64,000 bases of DNA from a virus. The position numbers and the translations under genes were made by a program. The stretch is from positions 1-64,000 of the IMG/VR virus record IMGVR_UViG_3300037583_000003; one strand, 5' to 3'. The notes below the pieces were generated by a model. The model had not been told where the DNA came from and made no database searches. It saw only the letters and a program-made list of their open reading frames with translations. Below are positions 54,942 to 64,000 of the stretch, in pieces. Within the stretch, counting starts at the first letter, position 1, and each line of letters starts with the position of its first letter.

Positions 54942-57626
54942 ATGACTAAACACATCCAAGTAACCAAACGAGATGGTAATACAGAACCACTAGACCTAGA
55001 CAAAATCCACAGAGTTATATCTTGGGCTGTAAAAGGACTAGAGGGAGTATCTGTATCAACAATAGAGCTACAGTCACGTATCCAGTTCTACGATGGCATA
55101 ACGACTTCAGATATCCACGAAACAATCATAAAGTCTGCTGCTGATCTCATATCTACGGAATCACCAGATTACCAGTACGTAGCTGCTAGGTTAGCTATGT
55201 ACCACTTACGTAAACGAGCATTTGGCAGTTTTACTCCTCCATCATTAGAATTACACATAAACACCTTAGTAAAGTCTAACCACTACGACAAGCACATACT
55301 TGAGGACTACTCTAGTGCAGAGCTATCAGAGTTAGAGGACTCTATTAACCATGCACGTGACTTCACCTTCAGTTACGCTGGAGTTAAACAACTTGAGGGC
55401 AAGTACCTCCTACAGAACAGGGTAACAGGTCAAATATATGAGTCTCCACAGTTCATCTACATGCTAGTTTCCCTGTGCTTATTCGCTAGCTACCCTAGAG
55501 AAACTAGACTACAGTATGTAAAGGATTTCTATGAAGCAACATCTACATTCAAACTATCTTTACCTACACCAATACTAGGTGGAGTCAGAACACCATCTAG
55601 GCAGTTCAGCTCTTGTGTACTCTTAGACACTGATGACTCACTTGACTCTATCAACTCGGTATCATCAGCCATAGTTAACTATATCTCCCAACGTGCAGGT
55701 ATAGGCGTAAACGTAGGACGTATTCGTGCTTTAGGTAGTGAGATACGTGGAGGTGAAGCTAAACATACAGGATTAATTCCCTTCATCAAACTATTTCAAG
55801 CCTCAGTAAAATCTTGCTCTCAAGGTGCTATTAGAGGTGGAGCTGCTACCTTATTCTATCCGCTATGGCACTTAGAGGTTGAGTCACTTCTAGTACTTAA
55901 GAACAACCGTGGTGTAGAAGAGAACCGAGTTAGACACCTAGACTACGGTGTACAAATCAACAAGCTTATGTACCAACGTATGATTGAGGGTGGGACTATT
56001 ACCCTATTTAGTCCATCTGATGTACCTAACCTATATGACTCCTTCTTCTCAGACCAAGACGAGTTCGAGAGACTATACAAGATCTACGAATCTGATCCTA
56101 GTATCCGTAAAAAGTCTATACCAGCAATTGATCTATTTGTGCAACTAGCACAGGAACGAGCACAGACTGGACGTATCTACATACAGAACGTAGACCATTG
56201 CAACACCCATAGCCCATTTGACCCAAATGTAGCACCTATCAGACAATCAAATTTATGTGTTGCTCCAGAAACCCAAGTACTAACTACTAACGGTTACATA
56301 CCTATAGCTGAGTTAGATGGTACAAAAGTACAAGTATGGAATGGTATAGAATGGTCTAGTGTACACGTACATAAGACAGGAACTAACCAAAAGTTACTTA
56401 AAGTTACTACCTCTAGTGGGCAGACTTTAGAGTGTACTGAGTACCATAAGTGGTACATATATGACGAGTACTCTGGCTTACTGAAAGTTAAGCGAACGGT
56501 TAACCTAGAAGCTGGTGATAAACTAATCAAGGCTAGTCTACCATCAGGGGAGCTAGTACCTGAAGAGTTCAATAAAGTCATCAGTGTCACAGACGAAGGT
56601 AGAACAGATGACACCTATTGTTTTACTGAGCCTAAACGAGGTATGGGTATGTTTAACGGCATACTAACTGGTAACTGTTTAGAAATAGCTTTACCAACTA
56701 CTCCACTGGGTCGAACTGAATACGAAGGTGAGATTGCTTTATGTACACTATCTGCTTTCAACCTAGGAGCTATAGATTCTCTAGATGAACTAGAACACCT
56801 ATCTAACCTAATCGTTAGAGCTTTAGATAACCTATTAGACTACCAGAACTACCCTGTATCAGCTGCTGTAAAGTCTGGACAAGGACGTAGACCTCTTGGT
56901 GTTGGTGTAACTAACCTAGCCTATTACCTAGCTAAGAACGGTGTTTACTACTCTAACGGTTCAGCTAACAACCTAGTCCATAGAACCTTTGAGGCAGTAC
57001 AGTTCTACCTTTTAAGGGCATCTAACAAACTAGCTCGTGAAACAGAACCTTGTGAGTACTTTCATGAGACTACTTATGCTACTGGTGTGCTACCTATCGA
57101 CACTTACAAGTCTGATGTAGACACCGTATGTAATCAACCACTTCTACTAGACTGGGAGAGTTTACGCTCTGACATAACGGAGCATGGTTTACGTAACAGT
57201 ACACTAAGTTCACTAATGCCCTGTGAAAGTAGTTCGATCTTGTCTAACTCCACTAACGGTATAGAACCTCCTAGAGGCTACGTATCTGTGAAGTCTAGTA
57301 AGGATGGTGTCCTAAAACAAGTAGTCCCAGAATACCTCAAACTAAAGCAAAACTATGAGCTTCTATGGGACATACCAAACAACACTGGATACCTAGAGTT
57401 AGTAGCTATTATGCAAAAGTTTGTAGATCAAGCTATCTCAGCTAACACTAACTATGACCCTACTAAGTTTATAGACTCTAAAGTACCAATTAAGCAAGTA
57501 CTTCAAGACATCCTATACAGCTACAAGCTAGGTCTTAAGACACTCTACTACCACAATACTAGAGATGGTGCTTCAGACCAAGCAGAAGTAGATGACGGAT
57601 GTGCTAGTGGTGCATGTAAACTTTAA
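54942..57626 (+). CDS. nrdA: Class Ia ribonucleotide reductase alpha subunit with intein
   Basis: ATP-cone VTKRDG, FSSCVL, QSNL-[intein]-CLEI, ALCTL, TLYY, C-terminal CASGACKL. Confidence 0.97.
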   Translation: MTKHIQVTKRDGNTEPLDLDKIHRVISWAVKGLEGVSVSTIELQSRIQFYDGITTSDIHETIIKSAADLISTESPDYQYVAARLAMYHLRKRAFGSFTPPSLELHINTLVKSNHYDKHILEDYSSAELSELEDSINHARDFTFSYAGVKQLEGKYLLQNRVTGQIYESPQFIYMLVSLCLFASYPRETRLQYVKDFYEATSTFKLSLPTPILGGVRTPSRQFSSCVLLDTDDSLDSINSVSSAIVNYISQRAGIGVNVGRIRALGSEIRGGEAKHTGLIPFIKLFQASVKSCSQGAIRGGAATLFYPLWHLEVESLLVLKNNRGVEENRVRHLDYGVQINKLMYQRMIEGGTITLFSPSDVPNLYDSFFSDQDEFERLYKIYESDPSIRKKSIPAIDLFVQLAQERAQTGRIYIQNVDHCNTHSPFDPNVAPIRQSNLCVAPETQVLTTNGYIPIAELDGTKVQVWNGIEWSSVHVHKTGTNQKLLKVTTSSGQTLECTEYHKWYIYDEYSGLLKVKRTVNLEAGDKLIKASLPSGELVPEEFNKVISVTDEGRTDDTYCFTEPKRGMGMFNGILTGNCLEIALPTTPLGRTEYEGEIALCTLSAFNLGAIDSLDELEHLSNLIVRALDNLLDYQNYPVSAAVKSGQGRRPLGVGVTNLAYYLAKNGVYYSNGSANNLVHRTFEAVQFYLLRASNKLARETEPCEYFHETTYATGVLPIDTYKSDVDTVCNQPLLLDWESLRSDITEHGLRNSTLSSLMPCESSSILSNSTNGIEPPRGYVSVKSSKDGVLKQVVPEYLKLKQNYELLWDIPNNTGYLELVAIMQKFVDQAISANTNYDPTKFIDSKVPIKQVLQDILYSYKLGLKTLYYHNTRDGASDQAEVDDGCASGACKL
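56256..56675 (+). mobile_element. 140-aa mini-intein in NrdA, no endonuclease
   Basis: Starts CVAPETQVLT, block B CTEYHKW, ends TYCF...NGILTGN before the extein Cys. Confidence 0.92.
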
Positions 57627-57663
57627 CTAACCCGTGGGCTAATAACCCACACAGGAGTAACAA

Positions 57664-58785
57664 GTGACAAACACTTACTCAACTTTTAACAGTACTAAGA
57701 ACAACCAACTACTAGAGCCAATGTTCTTTGGTCAGAATGTGAACATAGCTAGGTATGATCAACAAAAGTACCCTGTATTTGAGTCTCTTACTGAGAAACA
57801 ACTATCGTTCTTCTGGAGACCAGAGGAGATTGACCTATCTAATGATAGAGCTGAATTCGCTAACCTACCAGAGAATGAGAAGCATATCTTCCTTAGTAAC
57901 CTTAAGTACCAGATACTACTAGATTCTGTTCAAGGTAGATCACCTAATGTAGCATTCCTACCTATTGTATCTATCCCTGAACTAGAGTCTTGGATCGAAA
58001 CTTGGTCATTCTCTGAGGGTATACACTCTAGATCATACACTCACATCATTCGTAACATCGTAGCTGATCCATCTATCATCTTCGACTCAATACTAGATAA
58101 TGACGAGATCATCAAAAGAGCTGAGAGTGTCACTAAGTACTACGACAAACTCATAGCTCTAACAAACCATATGTATGCTAACCACATAGACATTAGCCTA
58201 GATGCTCCATTCCGTAAGGAGATCAAGACTGCACTATATCTAACAATGGTATCAGTTAATGTACTAGAGGCTATTAGATTCTACGTATCATTCGCTTGTA
58301 GTTTTGCCTTTGCTGAACGAGGTGTTATGGAAGGTAATGCTAAAGTAATCAAGCTTATAGCTAAGGATGAAGCAATCCACCTATCAGGTACTCAGCACAT
58401 ACTCAGCATCATGTCTGAAGGTACTGATGATCCTGAGATGGCTGAGATTGCCTTAGAACAGCGTGAAGCTACTTACTTTATATTTATGGATGCAGCTGTA
58501 CAAGAGAAGCAATGGGCTGACTACCTCTTTAAGGATGGCTCTATGATAGGACTTAACAGTGTCATACTGAAGAACTACATAGAGTACATCACTAACGTCA
58601 GACTGAAGGCACTTAAACTAGACCCAATATTCCCTAAGACAGTTAATCCCTTACCTTGGATGAACCATTGGTTAGTTAGTGACAACGTACAGGTTGCACC
58701 ACAAGAGTCTGAAATCACCTCCTATCTAACTGGTCAAATCGACTCTAGTGTCAACGTTAGTGATTTCAGTGATATGTCTATCTAA
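57664..58785 (+). CDS. nrdB: Class Ia ribonucleotide reductase beta subunit
   Basis: [45 protein letters not shown]. Confidence 0.97.
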   Translation: MTNTYSTFNSTKNNQLLEPMFFGQNVNIARYDQQKYPVFESLTEKQLSFFWRPEEIDLSNDRAEFANLPENEKHIFLSNLKYQILLDSVQGRSPNVAFLPIVSIPELESWIETWSFSEGIHSRSYTHIIRNIVADPSIIFDSILDNDEIIKRAESVTKYYDKLIALTNHMYANHIDISLDAPFRKEIKTALYLTMVSVNVLEAIRFYVSFACSFAFAERGVMEGNAKVIKLIAKDEAIHLSGTQHILSIMSEGTDDPEMAEIALEQREATYFIFMDAAVQEKQWADYLFKDGSMIGLNSVILKNYIEYITNVRLKALKLDPIFPKTVNPLPWMNHWLVSDNVQVAPQESEITSYLTGQIDSSVNVSDFSDMSI

Positions 58786-61700
58786 TAGGATAAGTTAATG
58801 CCTCCAATCCAGATGGAGTTATAGCCCTAACTAAGGTCTCGAATGGGTTGTACACCATACCTCCTAGGTTCTTAGTTATCATTGACTGGTCTGTTACATC
58901 CTCTACGTCACCTACAATATACTCTTGGCCAAGTATAGCTATCAGTAGTTTAGCTGGATGACCCTTAGCTAGTTCGGCTATAGCTTTCTGTATCCTTGTA
59001 AAGTACTTAGTGAACATAATGAACCCCATCTGGTTAAACCACTCTACCAACCTACTATTAGGCTTGTTATAGTTAATAAATGCATCCCTAACAGTTTTTA
59101 AAGCCTTGTCCTTACTTATACCTTTCCTAAGCATTAAGTGGTACTGGGCATACCTAGCTACAAAATCCGAGTACTGTGTAGCTGTACTCATCATCTTAAA
59201 TACACTCGTCTTCTCATTCAAATACAACAAGTTAACACCATCCCTAACAATAGTAGGTGCTCCTTTCAGCCTATCATCTAAGATGTCTGTAAACATACTA
59301 GAGTTGTCACCTTCCCCAATATCAAGTTCTTCCACTATAGAAGTGTAGAACCCCCCGTCTATCAAATCCTTAACTGGACTACTCTTAATATCCCCTTCTA
59401 ACGCACTCAATCTCCTAATCTCAACACTACTAGCTAACCCAGCTTTTTCCTTTCCCTTTAACCTTATAACTTCTTTCTGGCTACTAATAAAGTCATTCAA
59501 GTCCCTAACCCCTTGCAACTGCAACTTAGCTATCTCTACTGGTGAATGTCCAGTCATTACTGAATACATCAGGTTTGACACTACATTACCTACAAGAACA
59601 GTTGGTGTTCTTAATATCACATCTACCTTAGCTACTTTAACTATCTCTTTCCACACTTTCTCAGCTACTCTTAGACCATAGTTCATACCTTCAGGCAATA
59701 TCTTACCTCCAGGCACATCACTTAATCCTAACTCTCGGTAACCCATAATACTATGTAACATATCTCGTCTCAGTGTGATCCCGTCTTTAAACTCTAACTT
59801 TATCTCAGTAGGTACTAATCCCCACAACTCATTCAACTCTTTATCATTAGATTTACCATCAAGTGTCACATACTCCATAGAGTTAAGTTTACCCATCATG
59901 TGTTTCTTACTCTTATTCTTATCTGCGTCCTCTTTAACATACTTCAGTAACTCTTTATTGAACGTACTAGACTCCATCTTGTCATAGGTACTCGCGTACA
60001 TACTTCCTATAACATTAGACACTCTCCTATCCATCTTCAGTATCTTCACTTTGTTCTTCTTACTCATATTATAACTATACCCAACAATCCTACCACTATT
60101 GTTCAGCTTAGGTGACAGCAGCTTATCATCAGCAGTTGCTACATAAGTACCTGCTTCCATTTCCCTTACAATCTCTTCTGCCCTAACATTTATAGCCCTA
60201 ATCAACTTATCAGCTTTAACTCGTTCCACTACATTGTCACCATCTAGTCCTACCTTACCAGTAACCGATGTACCTCTTGTATTCTTACCAGTAGTTCTCA
60301 GTGCCACCCTATGGAATGTCTGTGTTACCTGTAAACTAGACACATAGTAACCTAGCTCACCTTCTGAGGCATCCAAACTGTATCTAGGTACTTTGTGTGA
60401 CAACTTGTAACCTAGACGCTTCATACGCTTCTCATCAGCTATTGGTGCTGTAGTTCCCTCTATATTCTGATCTAGTACTGGCTTACTGTAACCCTTAATA
60501 ATCCTCCTCTTATCCGCATGTGTAGTGAATAACTCTTTCTCAGACATCTCTTTATGTGCAACTTGATAAGCTACTACCTGTTCTACTCCTGACTTCTCAT
60601 TCTCCATCAAGTCTAGGAATATGTCCTTATCTGTTTTACTACTCACTTGCAACCCTCTTAGAGTAGCTAACGTATCCACTATATCCACTAACTCCTTAGT
60701 ATTATCAGGATACCTAACCCCTTCAACACTTACTCTATCTACTATATTCTTAGCATTGGTCATCTGAACTATTCCACCATCACCATCCACCATGTACCTA
60801 GCTAAACCATCTATTTGTGCTATGTAGTAGTTATACGATCTCTTATCCGTTTCACCCTTAAGCTTATCCTCTAAATTCTTAATCTCTTGCTTCAACCTGT
60901 TAGGATACTTTATTAGATCAACCACATCATAGTCATAGGCTATAGTACCTAGATCAATATCTACAACTATAGACGTTAAACTATTCTCTTCATCTACGTC
61001 TAACTTCCTTGTAAACCCAGACTTTATCATCTGTATCTTATCTAACCTAGTTAGTGCTCTATGCTGATCTATTTGGTTACTGTAGTACCCTAGTTGCTCT
61101 ATCATATCCTGATAGTCGTCACTCTCTGACATATCCCTTATAGTAGACCATAGTGTACCTTCAGGCTTCAATGACTTAACTCCAGTAGTACTAGATAGAA
61201 ACTGTATTGTTCTTTTAGCCTCCTGACTAACTAACGACTTAGCTATGGTTGCCACTATGTGGTAACCTTGTTTCACTACACCACCTCCCACAAGTTTACT
61301 AGTATCTTGTCGCTTACCCGCTTTATCCTTCATCTTATCTATTCTAGTCGCTAGGTTATCTTCAGCTTTATTGAACTGACCTATAAGCTTACCTAGTATA
61401 CCCTCTCTTTTACGTACTACTTGCTTCTTGTTAGTCTCTGCTAACCTAGCTACTAACCACGCCATCTCTTGGTAGTCACTACCAGTAGGTATCTTCCTAT
61501 TCCATACCACTAACCTATCAAACAACTCCCTCACATACCCTATAAGCTTAGTTACCAGATTAGTCTCATCAGTAGTCACCCTATTAGTCCTACGATCAGC
61601 CAAGGCTTTCATAGTAGCTTTATTAGTCCTTGCAAACGCTATGAACTCATGTAGTCCTACAGCAGTATCTGCGAAGTAGTCCAAGTCAGCTTGAGCTTGC

Positions 61701-62686
61701 ACCAAGTCAGGCTTATCCATGTACTTTGATAGCTCCTCTGGTGTCATACTAAGGAAACTATTCTTTATAGCTACTATTCTCCTTCTTACGCTTGCTATGG
61801 CTGGGTCTCTACTGTTAAGTGCATACGCTGTTACTACATGGTACAACTCATGTGTATAAGCTTCTAGTGCTGACCTATTAGTATCTCTCGGTCCTAAACC
61901 AACATACACATCTGCTTTGTTACCGTCAAACTTAACCATACCACCATTCCTGGTTGTCCTACCTAGATGTACAGTTACATCAGGCATTAAGCTAACTAGA
62001 GGTGCTACTATACCTGATAGGTTATCTAGCAGTGTAGCCTTATGCCACTCACCAGTATCTGTTGGATCTAACTTATCTACTTCCTCAGCTAACTCCATGA
62101 TCTTATCAGGGTTACTTATCAAGTCTCTAGCTACTACCTCGTACTCCTCGTAACCCCTATTCAGAAAGTCCTTATCAGACCCTAGGTTATCTAACTCTTC
62201 ACTCGTTACTTGGAAGTCTACACCATCTAGCTGTATAAACGCTTTACCTCTTAACTTTCTAGTGACAGTCCTACCTGTAGTACTACGGGTAAACCTAACA
62301 CTGTAACCATCATCCACTTTAACTATGTCCTCAACTACTACACTAACCCCGTCAACAGTAGGACTATTAGCATTTATCATATCTTTAGTTGCTGCAACTA
62401 CACTCCCTAACTTACTCTCAGGAGACCTACCCTCATCTACACCCCCTTCATCCACTTTAGTTTCTTTAACTTCCTTAGCTTTAACTATGGGTTTAACGTC
62501 TACCATACCTTCTTTAGGTGGTTGCAGTTGTCTTAGATTATATGCAAACTTATCTACGGTATCCTTTACTTCCTTAGTGGTAGTTCCCTTCTTACCCTTA
62601 ACTAACGCACCTAGCTTACCTTTTACAACAGGAGAACTTAAGAACCCCTCCATTTCTTTTTTGAACACATCTACATTACAGCTCAT
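58778..62686 (-). CDS. Large virion protein resembling the C-terminal domain of N4 vRNAP, with a HExxH zincin-like motif
   Basis: AYTHELYH...HEFIAF; C-terminal QYSDFVAR...FINY...MGFIMF.KY..RI resembles, from memory, N4-type vRNAP C-termini. The ATG at 62686 follows GGAG. Confidence 0.7.
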   Translation of the reverse strand: MSCNVDVFKKEMEGFLSSPVVKGKLGALVKGKKGTTTKEVKDTVDKFAYNLRQLQPPKEGMVDVKPIVKAKEVKETKVDEGGVDEGRSPESKLGSVVAATKDMINANSPTVDGVSVVVEDIVKVDDGYSVRFTRSTTGRTVTRKLRGKAFIQLDGVDFQVTSEELDNLGSDKDFLNRGYEEYEVVARDLISNPDKIMELAEEVDKLDPTDTGEWHKATLLDNLSGIVAPLVSLMPDVTVHLGRTTRNGGMVKFDGNKADVYVGLGPRDTNRSALEAYTHELYHVVTAYALNSRDPAIASVRRRIVAIKNSFLSMTPEELSKYMDKPDLVQAQADLDYFADTAVGLHEFIAFARTNKATMKALADRRTNRVTTDETNLVTKLIGYVRELFDRLVVWNRKIPTGSDYQEMAWLVARLAETNKKQVVRKREGILGKLIGQFNKAEDNLATRIDKMKDKAGKRQDTSKLVGGGVVKQGYHIVATIAKSLVSQEAKRTIQFLSSTTGVKSLKPEGTLWSTIRDMSESDDYQDMIEQLGYYSNQIDQHRALTRLDKIQMIKSGFTRKLDVDEENSLTSIVVDIDLGTIAYDYDVVDLIKYPNRLKQEIKNLEDKLKGETDKRSYNYYIAQIDGLARYMVDGDGGIVQMTNAKNIVDRVSVEGVRYPDNTKELVDIVDTLATLRGLQVSSKTDKDIFLDLMENEKSGVEQVVAYQVAHKEMSEKELFTTHADKRRIIKGYSKPVLDQNIEGTTAPIADEKRMKRLGYKLSHKVPRYSLDASEGELGYYVSSLQVTQTFHRVALRTTGKNTRGTSVTGKVGLDGDNVVERVKADKLIRAINVRAEEIVREMEAGTYVATADDKLLSPKLNNSGRIVGYSYNMSKKNKVKILKMDRRVSNVIGSMYASTYDKMESSTFNKELLKYVKEDADKNKSKKHMMGKLNSMEYVTLDGKSNDKELNELWGLVPTEIKLEFKDGITLRRDMLHSIMGYRELGLSDVPGGKILPEGMNYGLRVAEKVWKEIVKVAKVDVILRTPTVLVGNVVSNLMYSVMTGHSPVEIAKLQLQGVRDLNDFISSQKEVIRLKGKEKAGLASSVEIRRLSALEGDIKSSPVKDLIDGGFYTSIVEELDIGEGDNSSMFTDILDDRLKGAPTIVRDGVNLLYLNEKTSVFKMMSTATQYSDFVARYAQYHLMLRKGISKDKALKTVRDAFINYNKPNSRLVEWFNQMGFIMFTKYFTRIQKAIAELAKGHPAKLLIAILGQEYIVGDVEDVTDQSMITKNLGGMVYNPFETLVRAITPSGLEALTYPIR

Positions 62687-64000
62687 AAACAATCTCCTGC
62701 CTTATCCAATTTCTTTTTCAGTACACTAGAGTCAAATAACTTCCTTATAGCTATACCGTCTTCTTTACTACCAAGCTTAACCAAGCTTTCTACCAGTGCA
62801 TTATACTCTTTCTTTACAGCTTTCCTATTACGATCTCTTATAACGTCAGGAGTAACCTCGTAGGCAGACCCTATCGGACCTACAAACTGACCAGCCCTAG
62901 CGGTAGTACTAAATAGCTCCTTACGTCTTGCTCTAACGTCATCAACAAATACCTCAAGTTTACCTACAGCTTCTTGCAGTTTCTCACTACCACTTAGTTC
63001 ATAAGCTTTCGTTCCCATGTCTAGTAGTGCTTCTGCTGGTGTGTACTGTCTAACATCCTCATACCAATTCTTATTCAGTATGTTTATCTCTCCCATCTGA
63101 CCTATACCTAGTACTGCTGCATCATGTACAGACAGGAATCCCTTATCACTATCCACCAACGACTGTCCCATAGTATTACCGTCACTGGTCTGTACAGGTA
63201 GAACTAACGCAGATGCTCCAGGAGATCTAAACCCTCTAGCTAATAGTGATGTAGTTAGGAACTCTCTATCACCAGTTAGCTCTATCTTAGAGGTTTCTGT
63301 GTGTACATCTTTATCTAACGCTCTCTGGTACAGAAACAGTTTATCCTTAGCTGACGTACTAGATGCTGTATCTATTGCAGGAGCTAACCCACTCTCTATT
63401 AACTTCTTAACTATACCATTCTTATCAGAACTTGTTACTTTCAATCCAATCTTGTCTACCTCCTTATCATACTCCTTCTTGAACACAGCAAATACTTGCT
63501 CTGACAACTCAGACATAGCCTTGTTCATTATCAGGTAGTCTCCAAATACCTCATCAAGTGTCTCTATAAACTCTACCTTATACTTAGCTTCTAGGTAGTT
63601 AGTTAGAACTGCATCAAGCTCACTCAAGCTATCCAAGGACTTCTCAGTTAACTCAGCTCTAGCTTCTACTATCCAGTTAGTGTCCTCCTGCTGTGTGCTA
63701 CCACCACCAGCTACCTCTCTTAGTTGCTTGTCAGTTACAACGTAATTACCATCTCTACCTACTTCAAGCAATCCAGCAACCATAACTTCCTTCTCTCCAG
63801 ATATTACATCATCTACAATCTTGAACAATCCAGCACCATAGTTGAATATCATTACAGGAGTCTTCATTATATTACGTAAACCCTTAGATACTGTGAGATC
63901 CGAGGTTAGTCCTAATCTATCCCAAGCTACATCTATCGGTGACACATCAACCTCTATTGATTTTTCAGGGTCATTAGGATTTACTGTAGACTTCATACCA
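62683..64000 (-). CDS. Virion-encapsidated RNA polymerase, catalytic C-terminal part (5' end outside the window)
   Basis: RNIMKTPVMIFNYGAG (motif B), QTSDG, SVHDA (motif C); frame open to the window edge. Confidence 0.88.
   Translation of the reverse strand, partial: GMKSTVNPNDPEKSIEVDVSPIDVAWDRLGLTSDLTVSKGLRNIMKTPVMIFNYGAGLFKIVDDVISGEKEVMVAGLLEVGRDGNYVVTDKQLREVAGGGSTQQEDTNWIVEARAELTEKSLDSLSELDAVLTNYLEAKYKVEFIETLDEVFGDYLIMNKAMSELSEQVFAVFKKEYDKEVDKIGLKVTSSDKNGIVKKLIESGLAPAIDTASSTSAKDKLFLYQRALDKDVHTETSKIELTGDREFLTTSLLARGFRSPGASALVLPVQTSDGNTMGQSLVDSDKGFLSVHDAAVLGIGQMGEINILNKNWYEDVRQYTPAEALLDMGTKAYELSGSEKLQEAVGKLEVFVDDVRARRKELFSTTARAGQFVGPIGSAYEVTPDVIRDRNRKAVKKEYNALVESLVKLGSKEDGIAIRKLFDSSVLKKKLDKAGDCL

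Noticed and set aside
13339-63538. Remaining opposite-strand ORFs nested in long genes (e.g. 14150, 15736, 34482, 54308, 56294, 62325)
   Set aside because: They overlap well-supported genes on the other strand and have shadow-like Ser/Leu-rich composition.
1-64000. Stop-codon reassignment suggested by TAG-rich sequence
   Set aside because: Conserved genes are full length in the standard code, several end in TAG, and no suppressor tRNA is seen.

Overview
This window is about 64 kb of an N4-like (Schitoviridae-type) lytic dsDNA phage genome, apparently opened inside the terminase gene. From 1 to 6.5 kb, mostly on the minus strand, are the large terminase (partial), a gp69-like/small terminase candidate, RusA and a cluster of ParB-like/HTH paralogs. 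The 6.5-8.0 kb stretch is non-coding, rich in long imperfect hairpins, and probably holds the physical genome ends and early promoters. From 8 to 58.8 kb the plus strand carries early and middle genes: the two-subunit RNAP II, a SleB-like hydrolase, an NAD module (NAMPT, NMNAT-Nudix, four paralogs, NAD kinase, RelA/SpoT-type HD hydrolase), three tRNA genes plus tRNA-like structured RNA, an RNA ligase, rIIA/rIIB, DHFR, ThyA, primase, nuclease, AAA ATPase, SSB and helicase. The family A DNA polymerase has its exonuclease as a separate gene and its polymerase gene is interrupted by two group I introns, one carrying an HNH endonuclease. It is followed by HU-like, ClpP-like and MazG-like genes, NrdA with a mini-intein, and NrdB. 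From 58.8 to 64 kb the minus strand holds the end of the virion RNA polymerase and a separate 1.3-kaa gene that resembles the vRNAP C-terminal domain. The best novelty candidates are: (i) a six-member ParB/HTH family around the genome ends, including a Tad2-like domain fused to the HTH; (ii) a double-T-loop, Y-RNA-like structured RNA just after the RNA ligase; (iii) a translationally coupled NAD(P)/alarmone operon containing a gene accordion; (iv) the split vRNAP and split DNA polymerase. All calls come from reading motifs by eye; no searches were run.
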